NCBI RefSeq assembly: GCF_020745735.1
Contig: NC_083406.1
Span: 94,899,164-94,963,163, forward strand
From: Hemiscyllium ocellatum
Taxonomy: Eukaryota
Direction of reading: 5' to 3'
Length of the DNA stretch: 64,000 nucleotides
In this document: positions 26,801-38,251 of the stretch, piece by piece
How the letters are laid out: each line of letters begins with the position of its first letter
Numbering within the stretch: position 1 is the first letter of the stretch
Notes under the pieces: generated by a model
What the model saw: only the letters and a program-made list of their open reading frames with translations
What the model was told of the DNA's origin: nothing
Database searches by the model: none
Position numbers and translations under genes: made by a program

Positions 26801-29800
26801 AAAAGAGCATCTGCAGGAAGATATGAACTTACAACACAAATAATCCAAAGCCAGAAACAGAATAGGTTCATTTTTAAAGTACTTTCACAGGCTGCAAACA
26901 TTTATTTAAAAAATAAACAGACAGTACAAAAATATCATTACACATTTAGCATAAATCTTAAGTACGTTATAGCAGAAATTGTTGGAAGGACTTCTGTGGA
27001 TTTGCTTTTGATATTTCTTACCTTTGTTGTTTCATCTCTACTGCCATCATCTACAACAATCACTTCATAGGAAAATAAGGAGTCTTTCCTCTATAAAGAA
27101 AGTTTTAAAGTATCTCTTAATATCCTGAATATTGCAAAATAGCATACAATCTGGTATATTTGCATCATATAAAAAGGAATTGGAGGTGTATTTAAAAACT
27201 AAAGTACATGATTTAACCCTTAAATGCCTTACTTATGTGTTAGTCACCTGGTTCAGGTATAACGTATAATAAATGCTGAAAGAAGCCAAAGCAGAAATAG
27301 CATGAGCATTGGTCAAAATCTTTGAGCTCATTGGATACAAAAGTAGTGTCTTGATGGGTGCTAAATTTATATCACAATTTGAAAAAGGAGAAAGCATGAA
27401 ATTAGAAAATTATTGGTGAATAAACCAAACATTGGTGTGACAAGTTATTAGAAAGCAATCTGGGAAAAAATATGTTTTCATTTGGAAAGACATGGATCAG
27501 TGTCAGCACAGATTTAATAAAGGAAAACCATGTCTGATTAACTTGATTGAATTATTTGAAAGAGTACCATTTTACTGATCAAGGTAGGAGAAAGTGAGGA
27601 CTGCAGATGCTGGAGATCAGAGTTGAAAATTAGATTAGATTAGATTAGATTACTTACAGTGTAGAAACAGGCCCTTCGGCCCACACAGACCCGCCGAAGC
27701 GCAAGCCACCCATAACCCTACCTCTTTACCTCACACTATGGGCCATGCTAAATTGCCCGTTCACTTGACCTGCACATCTTTGGACTGTGGGAGGAAACCG
27801 GAGTACCCGGAGGAAACCCACGCAGACACGAGGAGAATGTGCAAACTCCACAGTCAGTCGCCTGAGTCGGGAATTGAACCCGGGTCTCTGGCGCTGTGAA
27901 GCAGCAGTGCTAACCACTGTGCCATCGTGCCGCCCACAGGAATCCTGAAGAAGGGGTCATGTCGAAACGTCAATTCTCCTGCTCCTTGGATGCTGCCTAA
28001 CCTGCTGCGTTTTTCCAGCAACTCATTTTCAGCTCTGATCAAGGTAGTAGAGTAACTTTTTTGTACGTGTTCATGGATGTTAGCTTCAACGGGAAGGCCA
28101 ACATTTATTCCTCATCATGAACTCCATGATCGAGAAAATGGTGGTGGACCACCTTCTTGCATCATTTCTTCTTAGCTGTGTGGTCATGCAGCTACTGGGA
28201 TGTCGCAGTAGCAAAAAGACTTACAGGAAACATTATACGTGTGTATACATACACCACAGTTACACGCACAAACTCCTGTTAGATTAGATTAGATTTCTTA
28301 TAGTGTGGAAACAGGCCCTTCGGCCCAACCAGCCCACATCGACACTCCAAAGAGTAACCCATCCAGACCCATTTCCCTCTGATAAATGCACCTAACACTA
28401 GGGGCAATTTAGCATGGCCAATTCACCTGACCTGCACATCTTCGTACTGCAGGCAGAAACCCACCTAACTCCACACAGTCACTCGAGGCTGGAATTGAAC
28501 CTGGGACCCTGGTGCTATGAGACAGCAGTACTAACCCCTGAGCCACCATGGGAGTACTAGGATTTTGATCCAATAATAATTACAGGTTTTAAGTCATGTT
28601 GATGTGCATCTTGGAAGGGAACTTGGTGGTCCACTGAATCTCCTCCTTTTGTTTCCTTAAGTGTACAGATAATGAGTTTTGAAAATGTTTAAGAGTTTTG
28701 GCAATTTCCCACAGAATATCTTGCTTAATGGCAACAGTATGTACCATATGCACTAGTGATAAGGAGAATGAATGTTTTAAGTGATGGATGTGGTGCAATC
28801 CAAGCACACTCATCCAAACAAGTCTTCCATCACATTCCTGACAAGGGTTTTGTGGACTCAGCAGAATTCCCAGCTTCTGACCTGCCCTCTTAGTCACAGT
28901 AAGATTCTTGTACTCAGGAAATGAATTTACAGTTGGGCGCCACAATTCTCTATATTTATACAGCTAATTCAGTTAAGTTTCTAATTAATTGATAGCAACT
29001 CCAAGAATGTCGATGGTCAGGATATAGAAGTTGTAATGTTTTCTTTTGTCAAAGGAAAATGGTTAGATTCTAGCTTGATGGAGACAATCATTCCATGGCA
29101 CTTGGGAGGCATGAATTTTACTTGTCATTCGTCAGAGATGGTATAAGCAGGGATGTACTATTAAGGTTGTAGAAGGCTCTGATTAAATTGGATTTAGAAT
29201 ATTATGAGCAGTTTTGGCCATGTATCTAAGGAAGAATGTGCTGGCTTTAGTTTGTGTGGGCTGGGGGTGGTGGTCTTTATTTGCAAGAATGAATGATCCC
29301 AGGGAGGAGTATGTCAGCATTTACAGGGAATTCTGGCTGGGGGGAGTGAAGAGAATGGAGGGTAGTTGTTGGGAGGGCACTTACCACTTTTCCCTCACCA
29401 TTTTCTATGACATGTTGAAGTTGCTCAAAGCAGTTTAGAAGGATGAGATAGGAGGTGGGGGTCAGGGGGGTTGAATCTCATTGAAAATTACAGAATACTA
29501 AGAGGCCTCGATACAGAGGACATGAAAAAAATGTTTCCAATAACAGGAGAGACTAGGACCTGAAGACACAGCCTCAGAATGAGGGGAAGACCTCTAGAAC
29601 AGATACAAGGAGGAATTTCTTCAGACAGAGTGATGTATCTGTGGAATTCATCGCCACAGAGGACTGTGAAAACCAAGTCATTAAGTGCATTTAAGACAGA
29701 GATGGCTACGTTCTTGATTAATAAGAGGATCAAAGATTGTGGGGAGAAGAACAGGATTGAGAAATATATCAGCTATATTCGAAGGGCAGATGGTCCGAAT

Positions 29801-32800
29801 GGCCTGCTTCTGCTCTTATGTTTTATGGTCTTTGCACTCAGACGCAAAGGGAATTTAGTTAGACATCTAGTTCCTTACAGTAGCTATACGAATTCACAAA
29901 CCTCTCACCAAGTCCTCGATCAACCTAACTGATTACAAGCTTAAAACAGCTGTCAACAGACTTTTTTCTAATTGGTGTTGGAAGCCTTTAAGGTGGTGGT
30001 TTACTGAGTGACAGCAAAACATTCATTGGAAAGAACCACTATAAAAAGGTAAACGCAATACAAAGAAATGGAGATTCTGGAAATTTGAAACAAAAACAGA
30101 AATTGCTGAGAAACTCAGCAGGTCTGGGAGCATCTGTGGAGGGAAAGCAGAATTAATGTTTCAGGCCCAGTGACTTTTCTTCAGAACTGATGGTCAGTAG
30201 GAAAATGTGGTACATGGAGGGGGGGGGAGACGTGAGTGTACATAATAGGTGGAAGTAGAACCCAGAGGGAGAGAAAGTCAGTTCATGCAGACAAAAGGGA
30301 TGGATAATGGTAAGCCAAGGAGAAAAGATAGCTGATAATAGAATCATTAGTAAGTGAAAACTGGTTGGCTGCACTGAAAGCAGCCCATGAGATGACAGGG
30401 CCTGTGATGTAGGGATAGGTAAAGGAATGGAGGGTGGTTTTTAGGCCCCAAGCAGAAAATAAAATGCTGTTATTCCAGCTTGCATTCAGCCTCACCAAAG
30501 CAGGCCTGAGACAGAAATGTTGCTCAGTAAATTAATGGCGTGCTGAAGTGCCAGGCAATTGGAAGTTTGGGGTCATTTGTGGACAGAAGATAGATGTCCT
30601 ACAAAGCAGTTGCCCCATCTGCATTTCATCTCCCTAAATGCAAAAGGAATTGCATCGTGAGCAGCAAATACAGTAGACTAGATTGAGTGAAGTGCAGGTA
30701 AATCTCTGTTTTGTCTGTGAGGTGGTTAGACCCTTGCATTGAGAGGAGACAGGAAGTAACTGGCAGGTGCTAAACCTTTTACAGTTGCATGGGAAGGTGT
30801 TGGGAGTGAAGGGCCAGGTTGTCCCAGAGAGAATGGTCCCTGCAGAATGCAGACAAGGGAGGGGAGGGGCTTGCCCAGGCAGACCCATTGTTTCTGCCCC
30901 AAGGTACTCATCTCTTTCTACCTTGGTTTTTTTTTCCCACATCTCCCTGTGTGCTGTACACTTTGAGTCTCTCTCTCTTTCTGTGTTTAAACAATAGTCT
31001 GTTTTTTGATTCTTCCTGCCAAAGTGCATGACCTCATTCCTTTTTACACTGAAGTCCATCTACCACGTTTTTGCCCTTTCACAACCTATTTATATCCTCT
31101 GACAGATTCCTTCATCACCACATCCTTCCATCTATTTTTGTTTCAGCAACACTCTGTATCCTCCTCCAAGTCATTGGTACAGACACTAAATTGCTGAGAC
31201 ACGAGGACTGATCCTTGCGGCACTCGATTAGTCGTGCCTTTCCAATCTGAAAAGATCCTTTAAACCTGACTGTCTTCTGTGTTAGCCAATCCTGAATCCA
31301 TGATAATACATTACCCTCAATACAAGAAATCCTATCTTACAAAGAGTTATGGTTTGTAATTAAGTTAAAATTTTAAAATTTACTGCAACATTTACAAGGC
31401 TGTCTCCATAAAAATAACTTGCAAATGTGTTCTTCCAAAGGACAATGTAAAGCATTCATAAAGTAATGCAAACTTTTTCTGTAGTCAAAACAGGGATTTG
31501 AAGATAAAAGTTTCATAACTTTCCAGAGCAAAGCACAATTTCCTGCAAAGAATTCTCATCAAGTTATTATTTAGAAATGATATATTTTCCCAAAATAAAT
31601 AGTAACATTTAACATATTCTGCTATTCTAAAGAGAAAACAAAACTAAGAAAGATAGTGCACTCTCATGTTGCACTATAATTCAAATTCACAAATAACAGT
31701 TGGTCTGAAAGAATAAAATTATCAGTACCTGTCTTTGTTCCAAATATTCTAAAGCCTCATCCATCATCAAAGGTACTGTAATTGGGTAAAGCAAAAATGA
31801 GAACATGGCAAAATTTACACGGTGACCACTGTTTACATGATATCGATATATGAAAGATAGTGAAACATGACACTTTAATTTAAATTACATTGGAAAGATG
31901 CTAGTATTTGGTTGCCAATGGGAAGTATCAATGCAGTGTCCCAGTAAATTCAAATAATGCGATAGTACAAAATAAAATAAAATATTTTGGGGGACAGAAG
32001 GGAGGAAGAAAAGTGCTGGAAATCATTATCTGTTTAAGCAGCAGATGACCAGTTGAATGGCATCAAGTAGTATGGTTCTAGAGGATATAAAATAGAGACC
32101 AAACTATGAGGAGGAAAGTACTAGGGGAAAAAAAAGCTTGAACTGAGATGTTTTTCTGAGTCAAAGGATATCCTGACACTATTGGTTCAAGTATGGCAAT
32201 TTAAAAGATTCAAACTAAAGTAAATCTAGTCAAATTGGGGTCTACATTCTAGGAATGAACCTAAAACAAACAAAACTAAGCAAATCACATGGCAATAAAG
32301 ACAGAACAAAGAATTTTAGTTGTTTTGATGAATACTTGGCTTGACACTATTAAGACCAGTGTTCTTTTAGTTCTGGAGCACACATTAAAATACTTTAAAT
32401 TTTATTTAGCAGAGGTTTTTTTGCAGAAAAGTACAAAGAACAACATTTCTTAACATTCAAATATCAGTAAACTTTGTGCTCAAGTCTCTGGAATGGATTT
32501 TGAATCTACAATTTTCAAGACAAAAGACAAGAATGCTTTTCACTGATATAGCTGACATCAAATTATTTCTATCTTCAGGAAAATATAAACTTGTAGAAGT
32601 CAGAAGCTTATATCTTCTAAATATTGGAGTGAAAGCCCAGTTAAATTCAACATAACTGTGGTCTTGTCAAAAAAACTTACACCTTTCTTCTTCATTATAA
32701 GATGGAACAATGACAGACAGTCCTTTTGTGGGAGGATCATGAATACTTGGGAATAACTCCTTCCTGCCAGAATTTGGACTTAAAAAGAATTTTTCTGTCT

Positions 32801-35800
32801 CTCCAAGACTGACGTTTGGCATTTTAATAGCAGTCACGTGTGCGGTGAACAACAGCTGCAAAAAGACAAGAATACCGAATATAAAATATACAATGTGACA
32901 TTACCTGAATTTAAAGACCCCCCATGTCTGTAAACAGTTTGTTAGACATTTTTTCATTATATTTTTTCACTCCTGCAGGATGGTTTCATATTTACAAGAA
33001 TCAGATCAATCCCGAGATTGATTTCATTTCAGACCAAGTAAAAGGGTTGCTAACAATAACTAACTCAACAAAAGGGACTTTCAATACTTTGTGAGCCTTG
33101 AGATTTTATTTTCTCATCAAAAGGTCAGAACAATAGATCCTTTTAACATCAGGGCATATTTGAAGAGAAATCAGTGTATATTTTGAACATCACCAAATCT
33201 CAAAAAGAAATGAAAAAAGCTATTAAGGCACATTTGAACAAAATACTGACAATTAATTCCACTCAAGAGAAGCTCCAAAATTAATATTTTCACGATAACA
33301 AAATACTGCCAGGCATTTTTAGCATTAAAATATTATAGTACTTTAGATTGATTGTGTACCAAAAATATTGACTTTTAGGTGGGATTTAAGGAGTGTCTTC
33401 TCACTATTACATCACAAAGCATAAATGTTGAGCCATGAAAAGATGTGACAGTTGATAAATTTTGCAATATGCATTAACTGGTATATTGTGATAATTGAAT
33501 GAAGTGCACCCATTTTGTTCTGAACACAGCTGTGATCAGCAACATCGCTTTTCAACTGATATTAACATTGGTATAATACATGCACACTGATTGATCTTCT
33601 ATTTTATATGGGTAGTTTGAAAAAAATTGGGAAGAGTTAGACTAACAATTCACCAATGAAAACCCAGGAATTTTATGGCAGAAATTGGTAAACAAAAAGT
33701 TTTTCATTAAAAAAAAAGTGATTATCTATACATAGCCTTTCATAACTTCAGGATGTTTCAAAAACTTCACAGCCAATTCACTAATTTTGAAATCCAAAGA
33801 CAGTGGCTATATTATGTCTCATGCTTAGACATAAACTACCAGTTTACAGGAATAAATGTTGATCAGGTCATAAAGAATCCCTTTTTTTTTAGAAATAGAA
33901 TAGTCCAATACAGTGTGATGGAGCAAATGATCTGTGTAACTCTAAGTTTGATAGTAAGTTACTGAAGCAAGCAACAGATATCTATGTGAGGCTGTTTGAT
34001 AAATTGATGAAGAGAGTGTGATTAGGAAAAGTTATCAACTGTCATTGCTTTCTCCTGTTCCTAAAAATTTCTTTATTATTTAAGTGCAGACTCTTGGCCT
34101 CTTAGCAGCAGTTACCCTACAGAACAGAGAACATATGAAGTAACAAATGGAGCATGTAGGAAAGGTAACACCATAATAACAAGCAACTTTAATAGATTTG
34201 GAGATTGTGATGAATCAAGTTGGCAAGGATAGTCTAGAAAATGAATTGAGTGTATTTATACAAGTTCTCACAGCAGCACATTTTAGGGCTCAGCAGTAGC
34301 AGGCTATTCTAGACCTGTTAATATGCAATGAAACAAGATTAATCAATAATCTCATAGGAAAGGATCCTATGAGGCACAATAGTGAACAAAAGGCAAGTTA
34401 TCCCAGTTTTAAAAATGAGGCAGAGAGACCGTCACAGGTTTCCTGTACAGCCCACAAGATGCAGTCACTCTGCTGAAATGCCTCCACATTTTTTCGCTCT
34501 TTAACAAGTTTCCCTTGGTGGTCCTTGCAACACCATAACATAAATCACAATAAAGCAGCATAAAGACCCATTAAAGTCCTCATTTAAAGCAAGCTAATTA
34601 TTACTGTTTTGTGAATAAAACTTGGGATTGTTTACATTAGAGCATTGAAGGCTGAGGGTACTTGATAGAAGTATGCGAATTATTACGGGCATGGAATAGA
34701 GTGGATAATCTGAATTATTTTTCCCAGGGTGGAAATGTCAAATACCAGGTTGAATACATAGCTTTAAGGCAAGAGGAGAAAAAATTAAAAGGAGATGTAC
34801 CATGAAGAAGGCGGTAGGTGCCTGAAACGCACTGCTGGGTAGGTGTTAGAAGCAAATACAACACAACATAAGAGGCATTAGACAGACATATGAACAAGCA
34901 AGGAATAGAGGGATATGGACTATGGGCAGGCAGACTGGATTAGTGTAGAATGGCATCTTGGTCAACACCATGCTGTACTGTAAGAAGAAAAATAGTGACA
35001 ATATATTCATTTGATGCAGAAAGTTTCAGTTTAACAGTGTTTGATAGAAGTCCTGTGTGTTACAACTTACAGCAACTGAAGGTGAAATCACCACCATGAC
35101 TCTGGTGGTGTCATCAGCAAACTTGTAAATGGTATTAGTCTGGTATTTGGCGACGCAATCATGGTATACAGTGAGTACAGAAGGGGGCTGACTACACACC
35201 CCTGGTACAGTGTTGAGTGTTAGTGAGGATGAACTGTTGTCCCCCAATCTTCAGATTGTGTCCTGTGAGTCAGGAAACCGAGGATCCAGTGGCAAAGAGT
35301 GGGGCTTAATCAGAGATCACTAAGTTTAGTAATCAGTCTTGAGGGGATAATAGAGTTGAAGGCTGAACTGTAGTCAATGAGTAGGATTTGTAACAGAGCT
35401 GTTCATGGTGTCAAGATGTTCTAGGGAGGAGTGAAAGGCAAGTGATATGGCATCTGACATGGATCTGTTGGTCCAATAAGCGAATTGGAGTGGGTCAAGA
35501 GTAGTGGGGAGGCTGGAGTTGATTAATGCCATGATCAGCCTTTCAAAGCACTTCATGACCACCAAAGTTAGGGCCACTGAGCGGTAGTCATTGAGACATG
35601 CTGCATGAGCCTTCATATGCACAGGGATAATGTTGGCCCTCTTGAAACAGGCAGTGACAGTAGCCTGCTGAAGGGAGAGGTTGAATATGTCAGAGAAGAC
35701 CTCTGCTAGTTGATCTGCACACGCTCAGAGTGCAAGGCCTGCTACTCCAACTGGTCCCATCACTTTCCTTGGATTCACACGAAGGAAAACTGATCTGACC

Positions 35801-38251
35801 TCTGATGCAGTGACTGTTGGGATAGGTTTGTCAGGACTTGTCGCAATAGGTGTTACCTCTCTGCCGAAATTCTGCTCAAAGCGAGCATAGAAGGCATTGA
35901 GACAATCTGGGAGGGATGTGTCATCATCTGCTAACTTGCACCTGTCTCTTTTTGGAACCGGTGGTGTCATTCAGTCCTTCCCTTAGTCGCTGGGTGTCTG
36001 TGTGGGCCTCTAGTTTGGATTGGTTTTAGTCCTTGGCTGTCTTAATGGCTGTGCGAAGGTCATACTTGGATTCCTTTTATTTGAGTGGGTCTCCTGATCT
36101 GAAGGCCTCATGCCTGGTTTTTAGCAGGTTCTGTATGCCCTGATTCATCCAGGGTTTCCTATTGGGGAACACCCCGATTGACTTCCTTGGTATGCAGTCC
36201 ACCACACACTTGCTGATAGTCTGTGACGGTGGTGGCGTGCTCGTCCAAAGTACCTGCAGGCTGTTTGAACATATTGTAATCAGCTATTTCCAAACATAAC
36301 TGGAGTTGATCCTCTGCCTCCTCCGACCAGCATTGGACCTGCATCCGCGAGAAGGTCTCCTACTTGAGCTTTTGCCTGTAAGCCAGTAGAAGAAACAAGG
36401 CATTGTGGTCGGAGTTCCCAAAATGAGGGTGGGGGATGGAGTGGTAGGCATCTTTCATAGTGGTGTAGTAGTGGTTTAAAACGTTCAGGCCACTGGTGAG
36501 GCAAATAATGTTCTGGTGGTACTTGGACAACACCTTCCTTAGATTGGCTTGATTGAAGTTGCCAGTTACAATAAACAGGGCCTCGGGGTGTTCCGTCTTC
36601 AGGGTGTTAGTGGTGGAGTATGGCACATCCAGAGTTTCCTCAACCTTTTGCTTGTGGCAGTATGTACACAGCAGCTAATTTAACTGCGGTAACTTCCTGT
36701 GGTAGATATAAGGTGCAGCATTTGATGGTGAGGAATTCAAGGTTTGGGTGGCAGTGGCTGCCCAGGATTGCAATGTCTGTGCAGCAAAAGTTGTTGATTA
36801 AAAAGCGAACCCCTCCACCTTTTGTCTTACCCTAGGATGCTATACAGTCCATACAATGGATAGAAAAACCATCAGCCTAAAGTACGCAGTCACAAATGAA
36901 TGGGTTGAGCCAGGCTTCTGTGAAGCAGAGTGCGCAATAGTCCCGCAGTTCCTGCTGGAAGCTGAGCAACGAGCTGAGTTAGTCCATCTTGTTCTCCCGA
37001 GGTTGTACATTTTTCCATAGAGTAAAAAATGAGGTCTGCAGATGCTGGAGATCACAGCTGCAAATGTGTTGCTGGTCAAAGCACAGCAGGTTAGGCAGCA
37101 TCTCAGGAATAGAGAATTCGACGTTTCGAGCATAAGCCCTTCATCAGGAATGATCCCGGAGGCTGAGGGATTGACCTCACAGAGACTTTCAAAATCATGG
37201 GGCATAGAAACAGTAAATATCCAAGGCATGTTCGTAGGATAGGGGAGTCCTAAACTGGAGGGTATGCGTTTAATGTGTGAGGAAAGATTTAAAAGGGACG
37301 TAAGGGGCAACCTTTTCACAGAGAGTGGTGCATGTATAGAACGATCTGCTGGAGGAAGTGGTGGAGATGGATATAATTACAACATTTAAAACACATCTGG
37401 ATGGGTACATGAATATGAAGGGTTTAAGGTTGGCTAATGGGACGAACTTAGATTAGGCTATCTCATCAGCATGGACATGGCGGACTGAAGGGTCTGCTTC
37501 TGTGCTGTATAATTCTATGACTTTATAAATACACTTGGGTCAAACTCCTGAAGCTTCCTCCGTGACAGTCCTATGGATCCTCCCTTTGTAATCTTACATT
37601 ACGATGGGAATATACTCATTCTGAGTATTAGGAAATATGCCCTTAGATGTCTGCAAGTCCTTTTCTAGTGACCAACTTCCTAGTCTCATCTCCCAGTTCC
37701 TTTCAGCCAGTTCTGATTTCATGGTCACGTTGTTGATCGCGAATTCAAAATACGAACCTTAGATCCAGTCCCTCACTTTCAAACAGGATGTCAAATTCAA
37801 TCAGGTTGTGATCATGCTCCTACAACAGATATTCTCTTACACAACAACTAACCCAATATAACACAGTGTACTCCTGCAGCAGCAAGTTCTAGAACTAATC
37901 TCGAAAGCATTCTGGAAACTCCTCATACAGCTTGCTATCGCCACTGTGATTTTTTCCCCCAATTTCTACACAGATTGTTGTTGGACCTTTGATGCAAACA
38001 CCTAATATTTATTTTGTATATTTTGCTCTACATTGTGGTTACTGTTACAGGGCCTGTAGACCTCTCCCAGTTATATTTGTCTTGCCTCTAAGTGCTCCTC
38101 AAATTCATTGAAACCCATTCCACCCCCTGAGCCAACCCGGAGCCGTCTGTCCACTGGGAGAGACGGTCACAGCGAGCGGACTCACCAGGAGCAAGACGGT
38201 GAGGGCAATCGCGACCACCAGCAGCAGCACCTCGCCGGGATCGAACTCCAT
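7019..38251 (-). CDS. ALG5: ALG5 dolichyl-phosphate beta-glucosyltransferase, complete spliced CDS (10 exons, 325 aa)
   Basis: Exons 38186-38251, 32681-32855, 31729-31775, 27022-27090, 24770-24862, 22840-22953, 22235-22294, 21338-21489, 10254-10339 and 7019-7134 (66,175,47,69,93,114,60,152,86,116 nt = 978). They join in frame across GT-AG introns. Motifs: N-terminal TM helix, [43 protein letters not shown] (DXD), [26 protein letters not shown]. Confidence 0.98.
8704..9206 (-). mobile_element. LTR-like relic related to the solo LTRs at 23550 and 56713
   Basis: Starts tgttatggaccaggccagac, as at 56713 (tgttatgaactacgccagac); no clear TSD. Confidence 0.5.
8826..8925. repeat. (AG)n microsatellite interrupted by GCGC units
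   Basis: gcgagagcgcgagagagagag... visible directly. Confidence 0.95.
9330..9950. mobile_element. CR1 fragments (plus 9330-9625, minus ~9660-9950)
   Basis: gagaggttgaatatattggacctgtac...gagaggtgaccttactgaaac is the typical CR1 ERLxxLGL..RGDLIE segment. Confidence 0.65.
10254..10339 (-). CDS. ALG5: ALG5 exon 9 ([29 protein letters not shown])
   Basis: Acceptor tgcattttag|, donor G|gtaagt. Confidence 0.97.
11120..13800 (+). mobile_element. CR1-like (Zenon/Crack-like) LINE with EN and RT remnants; hosts a PLE pLTR (~12175-12305) and an HE1 SINE
   Basis: APE remnant [10 protein letters not shown]...[10 protein letters not shown]; RT remnants [10 protein letters not shown] and [18 protein letters not shown]. 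Confidence 0.85.
13000..13335 (+). mobile_element. HE1-type tRNA-derived SINE
   Basis: A/B box head ggcacagtggctcaacggtt...ggtttgaatcc, V-domain tggagtttgcacattct, CR1-like 3' end with ttctatga tail. Confidence 0.88.
15370..15555 (+). mobile_element. CR1/HER1 3' UTR fragment
   Basis: Aligns by eye with 51995-52175 and 37350-37525. Confidence 0.85.
16025..16485 (-). mobile_element. CR1-like (Zenon/Crack-like) LINE 3' fragment
   Basis: [38 protein letters not shown]. Confidence 0.75.
16539..17062 (-). mobile_element. Penelope-like element 3' fragment (GIY-YIG C-terminus + pLTR)
   Basis: [31 protein letters not shown], same family as 49696-52621; degenerate hammerhead at ~16638-16665. Confidence 0.85.
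17105..18725 (+). mobile_element. CR1-like (Zenon/Crack-like) LINE RT region, interrupted by an antisense CR1 3' fragment (~17545-17930)
   Basis: [13 protein letters not shown]...[11 protein letters not shown]...[13 protein letters not shown] and [15 protein letters not shown]. Confidence 0.85.
18745..18870 (+). mobile_element. Solo PLE pLTR (degenerate hammerhead)
   Basis: gatgctgcctgacctgctctgcttttccagcac...ctctgatctccagcatctgtagtcctcattttctc. Confidence 0.8.
21338..21489 (-). CDS. ALG5: ALG5 exon 8 ([34 protein letters not shown]...VDRW)
   Basis: Acceptor ttctgttctag|, donor TG|gtatgt, DTQCGFK motif. Confidence 0.97.
22235..22294 (-). CDS. ALG5: ALG5 exon 7 ([20 protein letters not shown])
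   Basis: Acceptor tctctttag|, donor |gtaagt, GSRAHLE motif. Confidence 0.97.
22840..22953 (-). CDS. ALG5: ALG5 exon 6 ([21 protein letters not shown]...QPWP)
   Basis: Acceptor ttctgtccag|, donor |gtgagt, DAD metal-binding motif. Confidence 0.97.
23550..24181 (+). mobile_element. Solo LTR (~630 bp, Gypsy-type) inserted in a CR1 3' fragment (~23410-24420)
   Basis: Ends ggtctggtctgtaaca; internal AATAAA at ~24032; reverse-complement similarity and equal length to 56713-57663 once its SINE is removed. Confidence 0.65.
24770..24862 (-). CDS. ALG5: ALG5 exon 5 ([31 protein letters not shown])
   Basis: Acceptor ctatttag|, donor ATG|gtaagt, NRGKGGA motif. Confidence 0.97.
25420..25870 (-). mobile_element. 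Degenerate CR1 3' fragment
   Basis: catatctaccctgtcaagac...atcaagtcacctcttagacttctaac. Confidence 0.7.
27022..27090 (-). CDS. ALG5: ALG5 exon 4 ([23 protein letters not shown])
   Basis: Acceptor ttctttatag|, donor AAG|gtaaga, VVDDGS motif. Confidence 0.97.
27588..28034. mobile_element. Fold-back PLE pLTR insertion with 13-bp TSD, in a CR1 RT relic, itself interrupted by an HE1 SINE
   Basis: TSD ctgatcaaggtag at 27575-27587 and 28035-28047; inverted pLTR arms. Confidence 0.85.
27631..27937 (-). mobile_element. HE1 SINE (young, (CTAAT)n tail)
   Basis: Near reverse complement of 56920-57235; CpGs intact. Confidence 0.92.
28279..28550 (-). mobile_element. HE1 SINE inside an antisense CR1-like LINE relic (~28070-29130)
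   Basis: ttagattagattagatt tail and ggaattgaacctggg B box. Confidence 0.88.
29130..29830 (+). mobile_element. CR1 3' fragment
   Basis: [30 protein letters not shown]. Confidence 0.8.
30055..30850 (-). mobile_element. Penelope-like element 3' fragment, separate family
   Basis: [11 protein letters not shown]...[20 protein letters not shown] (Cys motif + GIY-YIG start); pLTR with degenerate hammerhead ctgaagaaaagtcactgggcctgaaacatt; related pLTRs at ~12175-12305 and ~46800-46875. Confidence 0.8.
30940..31340 (-). mobile_element. CR1 RT fragment
   Basis: [25 protein letters not shown]. Confidence 0.75.
31729..31775 (-). CDS. ALG5: ALG5 exon 3 ([16 protein letters not shown])
   Basis: Acceptor aattacag|, donor CAG|gtactg, frame continuous with exons 2 and 4. 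Confidence 0.95.
32681..32855 (-). CDS. ALG5: ALG5 exon 2 (LLFTAHV...[13 protein letters not shown])
   Basis: Acceptor ctttttgcag|, donor |gtaagt, GT2 N-terminal motif. Confidence 0.96.
34620..34980 (+). mobile_element. CR1 3' fragment
   Basis: CR1 C-terminal and 3' UTR motifs as at 51800-52175. Confidence 0.75.
35100..37018 (-). mobile_element. Rex1/Babar LINE, degenerate EN + RT
   Basis: [17 protein letters not shown]...[11 protein letters not shown] (APE); [22 protein letters not shown]...LDPLQFAY...[16 protein letters not shown]; KFADDTT. Confidence 0.9.
37021..37151 (-). mobile_element. Solo PLE pLTR with tail and intact hammerhead
   Basis: 96/98 identical to 38533-38630. Confidence 0.88.
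37120..37147 (-). ncRNA. Minimal type I hammerhead ribozyme motif (PLE-derived), intact core, sense to ALG5 intron 1
   Basis: Minus strand reads attc-CTGATGA-a-gggc-ttat-gctc-GAAAC-GTC-gaat: 4-bp stem I, stem II and palindromic ACGU stem III. Confidence 0.8.
37152..37525 (+). mobile_element. CR1/HER1 3' end
   Basis: ggggcaaccttttcacagagagtggtg...ttctatgact tail. Confidence 0.85.
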
